Assembly (NCBI GenBank): GCA_964188305.1
Contig: OZ076885.1
Source: Podarcis bocagei
Taxonomy: Eukaryota
Strand: one strand, 5' to 3'
DNA: 64,000 nt
The position numbers and the translations under genes are program-made. Of this stretch, positions 1 through 13,236 are shown one piece after another. Every line of letters starts with the position of its first letter. Positions within the stretch are counted from its first letter, which is position 1. The notes under the pieces were generated by a model. It did not search any database. It was given only the letters and a program-made list of their open reading frames with translations, and was not told the DNA's origin.

Positions 1-530
1 AGAATTACTTGCTGTCTGATGTGGCTCTTTTCCTTGTAGTTCTCCTCAGGCTGGAGCTTGTTAGAACTCACAGGATGCCTACCTGCTGCAGGCCACAGAT
101 TTAAGGCTTACTATGGGCTTAAGTCAATGCGCTTTTATCTTGCAGGCAAAATCCTTGACGTCCCTTCTTTTTGTCACTCAGCTTTATGTCAATTTCTTGA
201 CATACTGTTTAAAATGAGCCACCCCAAACTATCCAGTGTATTGCAATGTAACTTTCTGTCCCTGTGTCTTAGGACCACTTCTCCCATTATGCTTTAAAGT
301 AATGGTACATTATGTCAAGCTGGAGTATATATTCTGTGGCAGGGCAGGTAGGATTATGTGCAAAAAAAATGTGATTGAGAAGCTTGTGTACATACACAAG
401 GCGTTGCATTTCTGTTCTTTGCATCAAACATTGTATCAAATGCCTGTATGGACCTCTTTAGGTACTCATGGGCTGCAGCCAGCAACCTTGGCTAGTTAAG
501 GGTTCCAAAATTTATGTATGCTGTTGTTTA

Positions 531-883
531 TTTATTTATTTTTTAAAAAATAATATTTATTAAACTTTTCCAGACAGTAAAAATTACAAAATTATAAATA
601 AGAATGTAAAGAAACATAACAATAATAAAAGAGAAAGAGAAAAAATACAAAAATAGACAATGAAGAGAAAAAATTAATAAAAAAGAGAAAAACAGTCAAT
701 ATTTTCATGTCATATCTTTCAATTACTTATTTCCTGACCTCCTCACACACCCCTTTTCTGTATTCCAATTCACATAGTTAGTTCAGCAAATCCTTACCCT
801 CTATCATTTATCTTTACTTATTATCTTAACCTTTTATAACTATATATTTCCAACCATTATCAATCCACATTTACATATTCTTA
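531..883 (-). mobile_element. 5'-truncated LINE (probably L1) 3'UTR fragment with A-rich tail
   Basis: Flanked by a perfect 19-bp direct repeat ttatgtatgctgttgttta (512-530 / 884-902). On the minus strand it is T-rich and ends in AATAAA plus a (TAAA)n/A tail. Confidence 0.7.
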
Positions 884-2719
884 TTATGTATGCTGTTGTT
901 TAAACAGGTACTTCAGATATTTAGGATTATAACTCCTATCTGCCATCAGTCAGCTGTTATGGGAGTTATAGTCTGAAACATCTGGCAAAGACTGCATCAC
1001 CATACCACCTATGATCCCCTCCAAAATCATAAGGTGTAGAACTGTCCTTACTCTGCAAAATAACATGTACAAATAAGAATTTCACTACCACTGCAAGATG
1101 ATATGTCATTTCCTCACCCCCACTACTGCCACTTAACAATATAATTCATTTACACACGGTGGGGAGTTGTGCTTAAAATATTTGCAGACTGGTGTCAACT
1201 GCTACCTAGCCTACGAAATTCACTTCAAGATAGATGTAAATTGTGGAAATTGTGTTGAATTGTTGTAGTGCTGGTCATTCTGAATCCTGCTCCAGAAATT
1301 ATGACAAGCACATTGAAAGAAATTTGAATGCATTTCAGAAATCTACCACATGTTCACGATGGATCCCTCACCTCTTCCCCACATTATTCTGTTTTCACAT
1401 GATACCTGTGTTCTTGGGATATTTTAACACTTTCATGACAAACCATCTCTCCTGCAGTATCAACTTTCATGTCAAGACTTTTTGCAGCTTTGAACTATTT
1501 GCAACGCCATTATGGATGAAAGAGACAATAGACTCCCCCAAATGTTGTGAGTCCTGTGAGCTCTCTTGCTCCAAGCAAGTGGTGAACTGTCTGCAACCCA
1601 CTGTCTTTGGGATATGAGAGTGGCTTTATGACACTTCTGCATGCCCAAGAATGACTATGCATGCAGCTTTACAAGCTCTGTGCTGCAGGGTGACCTCAAG
1701 CAAAATATTCATCTGCAAGAATGACTACAGCTTTCAAAATGCAGTGTGATAGAGTGTGCAAATGCATGTGCACAAATATCCAGTGTTTTGAATTAAAGCA
1801 AATAATTGAGAAAGCAGCATGGAAGTACATCAGGAACTGAAGGGATTTCAAAGCAACCAACAGAAATCCACCAAAATCCAATTACACCGGAATCCAATTC
1901 TTGGAACCAAGAAAATGGCATTGACAATGGGATCTCTTCTATAGGCTTCACACTTGGATTGACTGACTCAAGATTCTCTTTCCTTCCCCTCCGTGGCATC
2001 AAGATTATTCAAGAGATGTACCAGATGTGATTGCTCATAATGAGACGTACATTTACATCTTAATTGTGGACTCCCAAGTTGGGGAGGCATTTAGGTGCGG
2101 AAGATGCATGAAGAACTACGCCAGAATCAAAACAAATATGTCAAGGGGCTCAGGCTCATGCACTGCCTTTTTGGAAATTCACACCTCACTTTATGGATGC
2201 TGCTGCTGGGAAGTAACAAAGTGGGGAATGATCTTTGAAGTTTTTTTTCTGCAGCTGCTAAGTGTTGACAGATGCAGTTGCTCAGCAGGTGCCTGTGCAT
2301 GGTCTGTGGGAGGTGGAAACCAGTGAAGTCATCAAAACTGGTTAATTCAGGCATAAGATGCTTTAGGGATTTTGAGCCTGGTGATCCTTTCACCTTCCCT
2401 CGAATCCTAATGAGATCTCTAAAAAAGTCACCAGCCCATGATATCCACAGTACAGCTTTGAAAGTCCATGCGAATGCTGAAATCACGCTTTCAAAAGCTT
2501 GAGAATGACTGCTGACAGAGCTTTAAGGCTATAAGGTCCTTCATGCAGCATGGACCTCAAGCAAAATAAATAACTTCAAACAAGCTACATGCCAAGAATC
2601 CCAAGTGCCTTCACAATTTCAGAGTCCATCTTGAATACCAGAAAGCACCAAATGTATAGCAATATGCTAAAGCAAGTGGAGGTGGTGCATCATTTACATC
2701 AGTCTGTATAGGCGCAGGC

Positions 2720-3110
2720 TAGAGATAGGGGAGAAACTGGATTCAGAAAGTGCCAATTTATCAAATTGGCACTTTCTGAAACAGTATGAGATCTGAAACA
2801 GCCATCCTTCAGAATTCACATTTTTCTAAATTTTGTGATGCAGTGCTCTAACCAGCTAATGTATACCTTAAAAAAGGCATATATTAGGTAACAGTATGCA
2901 TAAGCATGAATATATTAGTGGAAATAACATTCAATAATTCATTACATTAGGAGAAATTGTTTGCAAAAATGTGTTTATTTGGAGGAAATTCACACATGCA
3001 GAAGAATTTCACGAGGATTTAAAAGAAAACAGAAAATCCACAAATTGCTGCTGAAATGTAGAGAATTGATTTTAAGAAGGGATCAAAACTGACAGACCCT
3101 ACTATCCCTA
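2720..3110. mobile_element. Non-autonomous hAT-like DNA transposon (TAGGGATG-type ends)
   Basis: Ends tagagatagg...ctatcccta. The AT-rich body recurs at ~4260-4565, ~17450-17690, ~56260-56440 (inverted), 63018-63200 and ~63800-63965. Confidence 0.55.
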
Positions 3111-3699
3111 GTCACAGTCACCAGGAAAAGCACCAAAAATGGTCCTACACAGGGACAGCCAAGGTGGTGTCCTCCAGATGTTTGGGACTATAATTCTCAT
3201 CATACTCAGTCAATGTAGTGAAGGGTTAGGGATGACGGAAGGTGTAGTCCACATGTTGGGACTCACCTTGGATAACCCCTGTCAAACAGCAGTTAGCAAA
3301 TCTTGCTCAGTCTTCGGTTTGATGGATAGTCTGTAAGGAATCAGTGTTGCCTTCACATAGCAGGTCTATGGTCCGATAGTTGGTAGTGGGGATTATTTAG
3401 CTCAAGGGGCTAATAGGTAAGTGGATGAAACAGTAGCACAATTTGTCCCTTAACAAGCAAGTTAAAGAGTTATGGTGAAAAGTTGTTTGCAAAATCTTAA
3501 TATTTATTTTCATTACTTGTATTTCTGTATATATAATTAGTAATCCGGAAACTAAATTCAACTGCAGAAAATTACATTTGCTATACTTAGTGTGAGCAAA
3601 AAGGTTTCTGTGCATACTAATTATGGTCAACAGCTCTTGATTTTTATAATTAAGCTATAGGGTAAGCTTGGACTTTTTTCTTTTCTGTTTATAGAAAAT

Positions 3700-3890
3700 G
3701 TGGCTAAGCCATACTTCCCTTTCAATATTACTGTATTCACTCAAAATGAAATTCAGCTGTTTCCAGATGACCCCAGTTCATCCTGATTTGTTTATAGGGA
3801 GGCTAGATGATGTCAGCTATTCACTGAACATTGAATGTGGTGAGGTTAAACAATGCTGCATTTTCCCTGTGACTTTCTTTGTCATAAAAA
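3700..3890 (+). mobile_element. Ancient RTE-like LINE reverse transcriptase relic
   Basis: Translation NIECGEVKQCCIFPVTFFVI resembles the RT motif GVKQGCILSPxLF; highly degraded. Confidence 0.35.
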
Positions 3891-3991
3891 GTTCATGGGG
3901 TGGGGTTTGTTGTGCAGGACCTTCCATACACCTGTAATTAGACAATCATAATTTGCCAGCATGTGATTTAATCCCACCCCTACATAGTGAC

Positions 3992-4231
3992 CTCCTGCTA
4001 ACCTAGCAGTTTGAAAGCACGTCAAAGTGCAAGTAGATGAATAGGTACCGCTCCGGCGGGAAGGTAAACAGCGTTTCTGTACGCTGCTCTGGTTTGCCAG
4101 AAGCGGCTTAGTCATGCTGGCCACATGACCCGGAAGCTGTATGCCGGCTCCCTCGGCCAGTAAAGCAAGATGAGCGCCACAACCCCAGAGTCGGTCATGA
4201 CTGGACCTAATGGTCAGGGGTCCCTTTACCT
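3992..4231 (+). mobile_element. Sauria SINE, 5'-truncated
   Basis: Sauria SINE body (acctagcagtttgaaagcacgtcaaagtgcaagtag...) and tail ggtccctttacctt. 11-bp TSD tacatagtgac at 3981-3991 / 4232-4242. Confidence 0.9.
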
Positions 4232-6774
4232 TACATAGTGACAGTCTGGAAGCAATCATAGATTCACACTTACCAGAATTTTGTGATACAGTTCTCCAAG
4301 CACAAAACAGTTACAAAAATGCATATATTAGGGGAAAGTGTGCATAAGAATAAAGCTATTTGTGGAAGTAACATACAAAAGTGCATTGTATTTGGGGAAG
4401 ATGCTTGCAAACATTTGTACATTAGTCAGAACTGCATATTAAAATACGTTCTTTAGGAGGAATTGGCAAAAAGAATTCTTAAATAGCTGCAAAATTTGGA
4501 GAGCTGATTTTAAGATTGGAAAAATGAGAAACTGAGAGAACCTAGATAGATAGAGCCTTTCATCTGCAGTACCAGGTTCTGTCTGAATGTTGTTGTTCAT
4601 GAATAAATGCAACTATTGAAGTTCTCCTGACTCCGGCTGTTTCCTGGACAGATCCATTGCAAGATTTCCTCACACAATGAATACCCTTCCCAAACCCACA
4701 GAATACTTCACTGTCAGCATAAAAAAGGTCTTTGGATACAATTGAAAGTTCAAAGTGAGGGCGCACGCCAGATCTCCGCCATAAGAATCTGCCACAGCAT
4801 GGGACCAGTATGCTGTGGACCCCAGCTTGTTGAAGCAAGCTGGTCCTCTGTAACATGAGGGACAACAAACAGCATTTCTCCGTGTGAGCTCAGTGAGCAA
4901 GCTGAGATATGAAAAGCTAAAATCAACAAAGGCACTTTCAATTTCATTATAAAAATAATCAGAGAGAAAGCCTAATAGATGAGCAGGGGGAGGAAGTTCC
5001 AGAGACAAAGCACCATGATTGAGTCCTATCTCTTCTTGCTGTTCACCTCCCCTCAGAAGATGGAGGCACTCTGATCAGGTCCTCCAAAGAAGATATTAAA
5101 GGTTGTGCGGGCTCATGAAGGAGCTTTACCTAAATATGAAAGCATTTTGGGATAGTAAATTGGCACGAGGAAGGGAGGTCTACAAACTGGTGAAAAATAA
5201 ACAAAGGTTCGCTGTTGCACCTCTTAAATATTATTAAGAAAATAATATTTGGATTCCACCCATTCATTATCATAGTCTGCCTGTGAAGCTCCACAACCTT
5301 GAGCACTGGAAGGTAGCTCTGCACATAAAAAATCTATATAGGGGCAATTTCTCATTACTGTATAATGATTTTGAACCTTTTTATAAATTAAATAACCGCA
5401 GGAGTTCATGTAAAAAGAGGAGCAGACATTTACATATATTGCTCTCCCTCCTGCCATTTTCTCACGTCGGAATCAGCCTGTGCCAGTACAAAGAGAACTG
5501 AGTCTGCCTATTATTTTTGCCAACTTCAGAGTCAATAATAGTGAGAGGTGCCATTAGAGCAGCACTTTGGGGCAAACAGAGAGGGGCCCCACTCAGCAGG
5601 AGGAGCTACAAACACAGCAGGGCTGGCTTCCCACACTTTAAAGTACGTGAAGTAATGCACATTACCATCTTAAAGAGTCCCTTCTCTAAGTCCAGAATCA
5701 AAATCATCTAACTGTGCTACTCACATTAGAGTATAGCTGAATAGCTGTAAATTGGCCAAGGCTTCTGAGCACATATTGAGTCTGAGTTTTTTTATTTCGC
5801 TGGCGGCTCTTTGCTCCGCTCTGTCATCCACAATTAAATAAGTGGTTGTGAAACCTGAATCTTTGGCCTATTACCTGGAAACTTGTTGCTCTTGCCTGGT
5901 TCTAACTTCCTGAGCTGGGCAACTGGAACACTTTTGATTTCTATGGCTTATTTTTAGTTGTGTTCTGATTAATGAAAAGGAGCAGCCATAAGATTCTGCA
6001 TGGCTTTGCTAGCTTTTTTAGAATGCCCTGGCATAAGGCATGGCTGGCTGGAATCCACACTGTAGCATTTTGTTGTAAATTCCACCTATATCTGTATATA
6101 ATGCATATTAGTAATATCAGTTCTTTTTCTGTGCTCCTGGTTAGCATAAGCAAAAGTTAACAGCCCCTTGAATTTGTCTAGCAAGTATATTTTTAGCCTA
6201 CAGAAGTAGGTTCCGTTGAAATAAATGAGCCTAATACTACGAAGCAAATGTACTTAAGGCTGAAATGTAATTTATATAATCCCAATTATTTCTTGCCTAA
6301 CTATGGCTTCACTTTGCCAACTTCTTCCACCCTTTTCCTTATCTGAGCTGTTGGTGTATGCTTTTTATAATGAATATGTTTCTTTTCCTATTTGTGTTTT
6401 TTGGGAGAATATTGCCTAGATATGATGAGCTGTCAAGCACTGCCAAGTTGGATTGAATGAGGCTATATTGGGACTCAATTAAAATGCTCCTTCTGAATAA
6501 GTAACTGCTACTCTCTTTGTAAATCCCCCTCCCTCCATCATGCAAAGAGAAGAGAATCTTTCCTTCTACTTGTGTGTTTATATAGAAGTGTGAAGAAAGA
6601 GAGAGAATCTATATTTTGCCTTGATTTTAACCTTGCATTTTATTTTAGGTCAATACAAATGTATAATTCATAGTGGAGTGGAATTGATGGAGCCCCGTTG
6701 ACAAATCCATTTCTATGTTTCTAAGCAGTGTTTAAAAAAACCTCTGATGTTGATTTGATCTTCTTTCATTTCAG

Positions 6775-6865
6775 GGCCAGGAAAGAAGCAAGTTCTTCTC
6801 TGTCTTCTACCTGTCCATTAATGCAGGAAGCCTGATCTCTACTTTCCTTACCCCTGTGCTGAGAG
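6775..6865 (+). CDS. SLC15A2: SLC15A2 (PEPT2) coding exon (human exon 6 equivalent); earlier exons lie upstream of the window
   Basis: tttcag|...|gtcagt; GQERSKFFSVFYLSINAGSLISTFLTPVLR(G), containing the PTR2 signature FYxxINxGSL. Confidence 0.95.
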
Positions 6866-7604
6866 GTCAGTGTTGATTAACAACATGGATGGATGATATT
6901 CCCCCAGATATAGTTGGGCTACAACTCCCATCATTCTTGACCATTAGCCATGCATGGTGCGGCAATAGGAGCTGGAGTCCAAGAACATCTGAAAGGCCAC
7001 CAGTTTCCCAGCATTGATTTAGAATTAAGGTGGGAATTAGATGCAGCATGACTATCCCACTCCCTTGGCTAATTGGGTTTTCCAGACTTCCACATGAATA
7101 AAATCATATGGCTGTTTAGAGTGACTAGACCACTGCGATTCTGCTGAAAGAATAGAGAGAAGTTGTTTTTAAAACAGGATACAATTTTTATGTACAGCAC
7201 TGGAACTTGAAGGTCTCTACAAAGAACACAACCCCATTCCCCCTTAGGAGGTGGAAACATATGGATGACTCTTTAGAAACAGTGCCAGGGCAGTCTGGGG
7301 AATGGGAGGCATGGAAGCAGGAGGTCCACCTAACCAGCCTTCTCTACTTGGGGAATGATTGCAAACATGGAGTTCATGTTCCTTGAGTGAGTGGATCAGA
7401 GATTAGAGGACAAGGTGGAGATCTCAGAGTTGCACATGGACCTCCCGTTCACCAGAACAGCATGGCAGGCTGAATGCCTGTGCCTATGCTTATGCACTAT
7501 AGTGGGGTGTGGGGAGAGAAAAGGAGGAAACAATGCTCTTTTATCTGGTAGGGGGATTCCTTCATGTGCAGGTGCTGTACCCATGTTTCAAAGGATTGTG
7601 TCGT

Positions 7605-7640
7605 GTTTGTTTGTTTGTTTGTTTGTTTGTTTGTTTGTTT
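7605..7640. repeat. (GTTT)n microsatellite
   Basis: Direct reading. Confidence 0.9.
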
Positions 7641-7734
7641 TAAGTACCATAACACTTTCTGTGATATAAACATTGAAGAGAAGGTGTGATTGAGTAAGCT
7701 CAGTTATGGATCCAACTTGCAATACAATACAAAT

Positions 7735-8240
7735 CTTTATTATGGCCATAGACCAGCATTTAAAATCTGAAAAAGCGCTTTAGAAAGCTAAAAGGTATTA
7801 AAGCACAAGGTGAATATAAAAGTCTATAAGAATTTTAAAGAAACTAAAAGAATCCAAAAGAAGGGTCAGGAACATTGGACGGGTGTGGAAGAGCACAAAA
7901 GGTTGATATATAAAGGCTTTAACTATTACTTAAAGAGCACTCTGATATGTTAATTATAACTGATTTATAGCACAGGTCATCCTCCTATGACTCTGGAGTG
8001 CTGCTATGCAGAACTTAGCAACACTATACGTTGCAGCAGGACCCAACTTGCATTTTCCCAGATTCTGCACGTGATCTTCATTCCATTCCCAAACAGAAGG
8101 GCTGCTACCCTCAGACCAGCACATTGAGTTAAAAGCACAGATAATTGTATATTGGGCTATGACCAACAGATCTGGGACAAACAAAATGGTAGTCATTACA
8201 AGATAATGCCAGCCTGCCAGAGATGCCATACTCTTTTGCT
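7735..8240 (-). mobile_element. RTE-X-like LINE 3' end, degraded
   Basis: Minus-strand translation ...PAATYSVAKFCIAALQSHRR resembles an RTE-X C-terminus. The tail reads ctggtctatggccataataaa on the minus strand. Confidence 0.5.
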
Positions 8241-8359
8241 TGTCCTATATTGTGTCACTGAAGGGAACAATGTAGGAAGGAGGAAATATCTTACAGGGAG
8301 TCAGATAAAGGAGTTTTCCCTCCTGGTCTCATCTTCTCCCATAGAGAAGACATGAAAAA

Positions 8360-8527
8360 TACTGTAGATTCCGGCATATAAGATGACTTTTTAACCCCGG
8401 AAAAGAGGTTAAAAAGTCGGGGGTTGTCTTATACGCCGGGTATGGCTGCCAAAGCTGCCGCCACCGCAGCAGTGGGCAGCGGGCTCCGCTCCGCGCCAGG
8501 AGGAAGCTGCCCGGCGAAGCTGCCCAG
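8360..8527. mobile_element. TcMar-Tc2 (Kanga/MER104-like) DNA transposon end fragment
   Basis: TA followed by ctgtagattccggcatataagatgac, with an internal inverted copy gtcttatacgccggg and a GC-rich continuation. Confidence 0.5.
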
Positions 8528-8919
8528 AATTATACATTCTGGAGTGTGCCCAGAGAAATAATTTAGGATAATAACATAATACCAATTTCTCTTCTACATC
8601 ACAGCAACTTTCAGGAGCATTATAGATTTGCAAAGGTTTTTAGTTAATGTGCCAAACTGAGTAAAGTTCTCTCCTGACCACCAAGTTTAAAAAGCCCATT
8701 TCAATCAAAACATCATTACCACCCTGATATTTAACATGTCCAAGTTAGGCTAAATGCTTCCCATTTCTTGCTTCGTGTTTTGACTGCTCTGTTTGGTAGC
8801 AGGAGTATGATAGCAACGTATTGAGAACAGTTGAGATGTTGTTAGGGCCAGACCACAATCATTCTGGGATCTTCGGAACAGCAGTAGAGGCAGAATTATG
8901 CAGCTTGCTCTGCGTTAAA

Positions 8920-9105
8920 GAATATAGAAATCTGCCACACAGCATGTCAGACCGTGTAGATCAGAACTGTCTACACTGGCCGCCAACAGGTCTCCAGGAT
9001 ATGAGACTGGGATATTCCTTGCCCTACCTGGAAATGCCAGGGATTGAAACTGGGACATTCTTCCTGAAAAACAGATGCTCTACAACTTCATTATGATCCT
9101 TCCCC
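8920..9105 (-). mobile_element. Squam3-like tRNA-derived SINE
   Basis: Reverse complement shows a tRNA head (gtagagcatctg...cccagtttcaatccctggcatttccaggtaggg) and the Squam3-type body. Confidence 0.7.
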
Positions 9106-10459
9106 ATACTGTATATGTTCTTTCTTGAGAGCTGGTGGAACGCAGCATGACATCACCTGGTGAGCATAATCTAGCGGGATCACAAGTTTGCAGACCTTTG
9201 TAAATCACATTGCCATTGACTTTGCATGGCCACCTATCCACAATCATCCAGTGAGACCTATGCCAGAAAACACTGCCCTAAAGTTCCCCAGACATTCTCC
9301 CACCCATACACTGACCAGATAGACCTGTTGAGCTTCAACAAAATTGTTGTGTTATGTGTTTTCAGCCCATGTCCTGAGATGCAAGGAGTGAAAGCAGACA
9401 GAACAAGAGGTTACCTTTAACATTGCACAGAGCAGCTCTCAGGAGAAAAACAATCACATCCACAGGAGCAAAGAGAGGACAGTTTGTGTGTCTTGTGTGT
9501 CTTGTGTGTTGTTTTTGAAACCTATTTAATGTCTGGGGTTGGATTGGGAACTTGCTTGCCTTCTATATTTAATCTAAAGTACAAGGCAGAAAGCAAAGCT
9601 ATTTACCTGTGTCAACACTGGTAAGTAGCTGCTGCTCAGAACATTTTGTAGCTGATTGAAAAGGAAGCTTCTTTTAGGCTCTGCATCTTATATCAACATA
9701 GGTCAATGCCAGGACAAATAAATATTGTGGCATGGTGCAGAGTGGAATGAGGATGTTTGGTTCTTAAGAGAAAAAAGAAGCACATTCCCTTTAAAACTTG
9801 GCTGTTTTGTGTGGTCTCTGTGGCTACTATATTAAGCAAGCCAAAGTCCCAAACAGCTAAAAACGTCCTCTGGTGAAAATCAGAAATAACATGGGCAGTT
9901 CTGGACTATCAAATTTCAGCTTATGCCTCTGAAAGCAAAATACTGTAAATAACCCAACTTCAGGCACAAACACAAAGGCAGCATTATAAACTTTAGATAA
10001 ATATGTCACACATTAATAATGACCAGTATTTTTTTTTATCCTCTTGGTGTTCAGCTGTGAAATTGTTTTGTTTTCATTTGTTCTGGTGCAGAACAAACAG
10101 CATCTTTGCAACCACTTCTCCTGGAATATTTGCAGCTGGGTGCATGTAACCCTTGATTCAGAAGCTGGGCCACATTCATGAGTCTAGAGGTTTATCTCTG
10201 ACTTTCACTGTGTTCTGGCTTGAGTACCCAGCCAGGTGAGGCTGGGACTCCAGTCTGGATGCCTGGGTAACTGTTCCCTCCCCATCACTTCCACACCTAC
10301 TGCATATATCCAGGCACACACTGTTGGGAAGTGTTCTTATCAACAAAGTAATGTTGTGGCTTTTGGAGTCAGTGCAATGTTAATGTTTTGTGTATGGAAG
10401 ATTAATTAAGGCAGGAGTTATCATCAACCATTTTGGGGCAAGTTTGCAGACTGGATAAA

Positions 10460-10632
10460 TGGGCACACATTTAAAGTACATCCAATGCACATTTGAAGCA
10501 CACAATTCCACCCCCCCCCCAACCAAGAAACTTGGCCCTTCCCAGATACAGCAATTCTCAGCACCCTTAACAAATCAAATTTCCCAGGATTATTGCAGAG
10601 AAAGTTATGTGTTTTAAATGTGCATTAGACAC
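10460..10632. mobile_element. Palindromic MITE-like repeat (related copy ~41680-41830)
   Basis: Inverted ends cacatttaaagtacat...tttaaatgtg; shared core (cagcaccct...cccaggat) with the second copy. Confidence 0.5.
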
Positions 10633-11205
10633 ACTTTTTAAAGTCATTTGCATCACACACACACGCACCACAACCTAGCACATACCATAACCTAGCCTAT
10701 AGGCTACAATAAAATGCTTCTTTTGAGTTTAATTTCAGTGAATGTAGGGGACCCTGCAGGCACCAGGGAAAGGTTCTGTGGGCACATGTGAGTCTACAGG
10801 TGCCCTTGACTTTAAGCACCAGTTCATACAATTTTTAAAATATTATTCATTACCCACCCTTCACCAGCTGGCTCTGGGGCAGGTTATGACAATTTTAAAA
10901 TTCAACATTAAAAATAGTTAGAACAAATTACAGTCACAGGAATTGCCCTCAGAATGCCACATCCTGAGAAGTCTTAGAAAGTGAGCAGAGCCCTAGGCAC
11001 GCTATTTCCTGATCTGTATACATTCTGAGCCACCCACAAAACTGATTCAGTGCATGCAGGTATACTAAGGAAAACTTGTCCTGTGTTGACTTCAAGCAAA
11101 GAAAAAGGTGGTAATGGGCATCTCTTTTTATTATGGCATTGGAAGGAAGGGTGGGAATCCGAATTGAAACATGGTGAAAGGGAGTTCTTTTTCTGCTTCT
11201 CTTAG

Positions 11206-11283
11206 GTGATGTGGAGTGCTTTGGTGGAGACTGCTATGCCTTGGCTTTTGGTGTTCCTGCTGCTCTCATGGTCATCGCTCTCA
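11206..11283 (+). CDS. SLC15A2: SLC15A2 exon (7)
   Basis: cttag|...|gtaagt; GDVECFGGDCYALAFGVPAALMVIAL. Confidence 0.95.
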
Positions 11284-12379
11284 GTAAGTAGGTGGTGCTG
11301 TAACAGAGCAGCGGCAGTGCTAACATCTTATCTACCCCTTTGCAATACTGTATTGCTTGAAGCAGAGCAACTGGATGTACAGTCGCTCACAGCAGAGAAT
11401 CAGTGTCCACCCAGAGGCCCGGAGAAATGCTGTCTTTTGCTTTGGAGAGAACAATCTGTGCAATGAAAAAGGCAGTGTTTCCTACCACCACCCACAACCC
11501 ACCCCAGCTTCTATTTGTCTAGCTGCTTTAATGCCCTCTGGAATAGAAATCTTCCCAGCAAAGGCTAGGAGATGCCACTAGACAACAGCTGATGTTGCAG
11601 GAATTGTCCCCCTTCACACACACCAAACAAAACCCAACAACATGCCAGCAGAATCCTAGAAGCCTCCTGTTTACCACATGGTTCCTTTGTATTCGTGTAC
11701 TGTGCTTGTTGGATATCATTACTGTTTGAAAAGTACATCACAGAAGCAGTCAAGGGAAAATATGCCAGCAAATGCTGCAGTTCTTTTCTTTCACTTTTTT
11801 TTAAAAAAAAAGTCTACCCAAAATGGATTTGTTGCTGTTCCTGCTATTTATTGATATGGCTGCAGATCCTTCAGTGATATGAGGTGGGCACAACTATGTT
11901 TCAGAGCATATATTGGAAAGGACCAAAGCTAAGATTTTAGTTAGTTCCCTTCCCCCCCAAATTGGGTTATTAATAATTATGGCTCAAGGTACGCACACAC
12001 ACACACACACACACACACAGAGAAGCCCAGATTAAATGCCAATTCAAAGCATGCTTATATTTTACTTGTGTGTTTCTTTACATGTATACTGTGTGCATGC
12101 CAACACATGCCTGTGATAGCAACAAAATTAAATGGCAGAACAAATCAGATGACTGGACCATTTAGTCCAGTATTTCATTTGTTACAGTGACAAATGAAAA
12201 AACAACAACATCAGATTTTGAGTATTTTTTATGCATGATGATTTTCAAATCTGCTCTTGCTTGTGTCGGGTTAGGCAAAATTTAAAAACTACTTTGTCCA
12301 GAATGCACAATCGCACCACGGATGCCTCCCTCCATCCCACATCATTCTCTTCTCCATGAGCAATTAAGCACAACGTAGA

Positions 12380-12760
12380 TAACGGGGACATCCAACAAAG
12401 CTAAGTGTTGGAAATTTCAGGACAGACAAAAGAAAATGCTTCTTCACACAGCACATAGTCAAACTATGGAATTTGCTCCCACTAGATGTATTAACGGCCA
12501 CCAACTTGGATGCATTTGAAAGAGCAGCAGATGAATTCATGGAGGATAAAGCTGTCAATGGCAACTTGCCATAATGGATACATTCTCCCTCATCTGTCAG
12601 AGGCAGCATGCCTCTGAATACCAATTGATGGGAATCTTGCTGTTGCGCTCAGATTCTTCTCAAGGGCTTCTGCTGGGCTTCCAATTTAGCCACTCCCAAA
12701 ACAGGATGCTGGACTAGATGGGCTTTGGCCTGGCCCTGCAGGGCTTTTTGTAAGTTCTTG
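12380..12760 (+). mobile_element. CR1 LINE 3' end
   Basis: Translation RGHPTKLSVGNFRTDKRKCFFTQHIVKLWNLLP is a typical CR1 ORF2 C-terminus; followed by a CR1-type 3'UTR (aggatgctggactagatggg). Confidence 0.8.
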
Positions 12761-13153
12761 TGCTGAATTATGGAGTGGATGTGCAGCTGTATGCGCCAGC
12801 ACCTCCTCCACACTTTATCCTCTCCCCCCCCCCATGCATTATGTGAACACCTAAATAAAGTTTATAGCAATCAATGTTTGGGGATACTTAGATTTTTTTA
12901 AAAAATGCATTTTTTGTCTCAATGGACACACTCTTCGTAAGATTTCTAAAGCAGTGGAAAGTGATTCTGCTTGGTCAAGGCAAGGCACCTGATTTTTGAC
13001 TGTGCATCCTGCCTCTGTGCCACTTTCCGTGCTATTCTGAAAGGTCCCTGTACCCCCAGGACCAACTATGAAAGTTTCTTCATGCAGATGCCTAGCAACA
13101 TTGGATGTACAGTAACTCCTTTTGCCTACATTCAAACCACACTTCTTTTATAG

Positions 13154-13236
13154 TTGTGTTTATTGCTGGAAATGGAATGTACAAAAAGACTCCGCCAGAA
13201 GGGAATATCTTACTCGAAATTTGCAAGTGCATTGGG
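13154..13236 (+). CDS. SLC15A2: SLC15A2 exon (8)
   Basis: ttttatag|...|gtaagt; IVFIAGNGMYKKTPPEGNILLEICKCIG. Confidence 0.95.

Noticed and set aside
3882-4259. Recurring ORFs of the type KVKGPLTIRSS... (also 24138, 27438, 35730)
   Set aside because: These are antisense readings of Sauria SINE copies, not a protein family.
1-6774. Search for upstream SLC15A2 exons (e.g. GTGGIKPCV...GGDQF)
   Set aside because: No matching coding segment found by eye; exons 1-5 presumably lie before the window.
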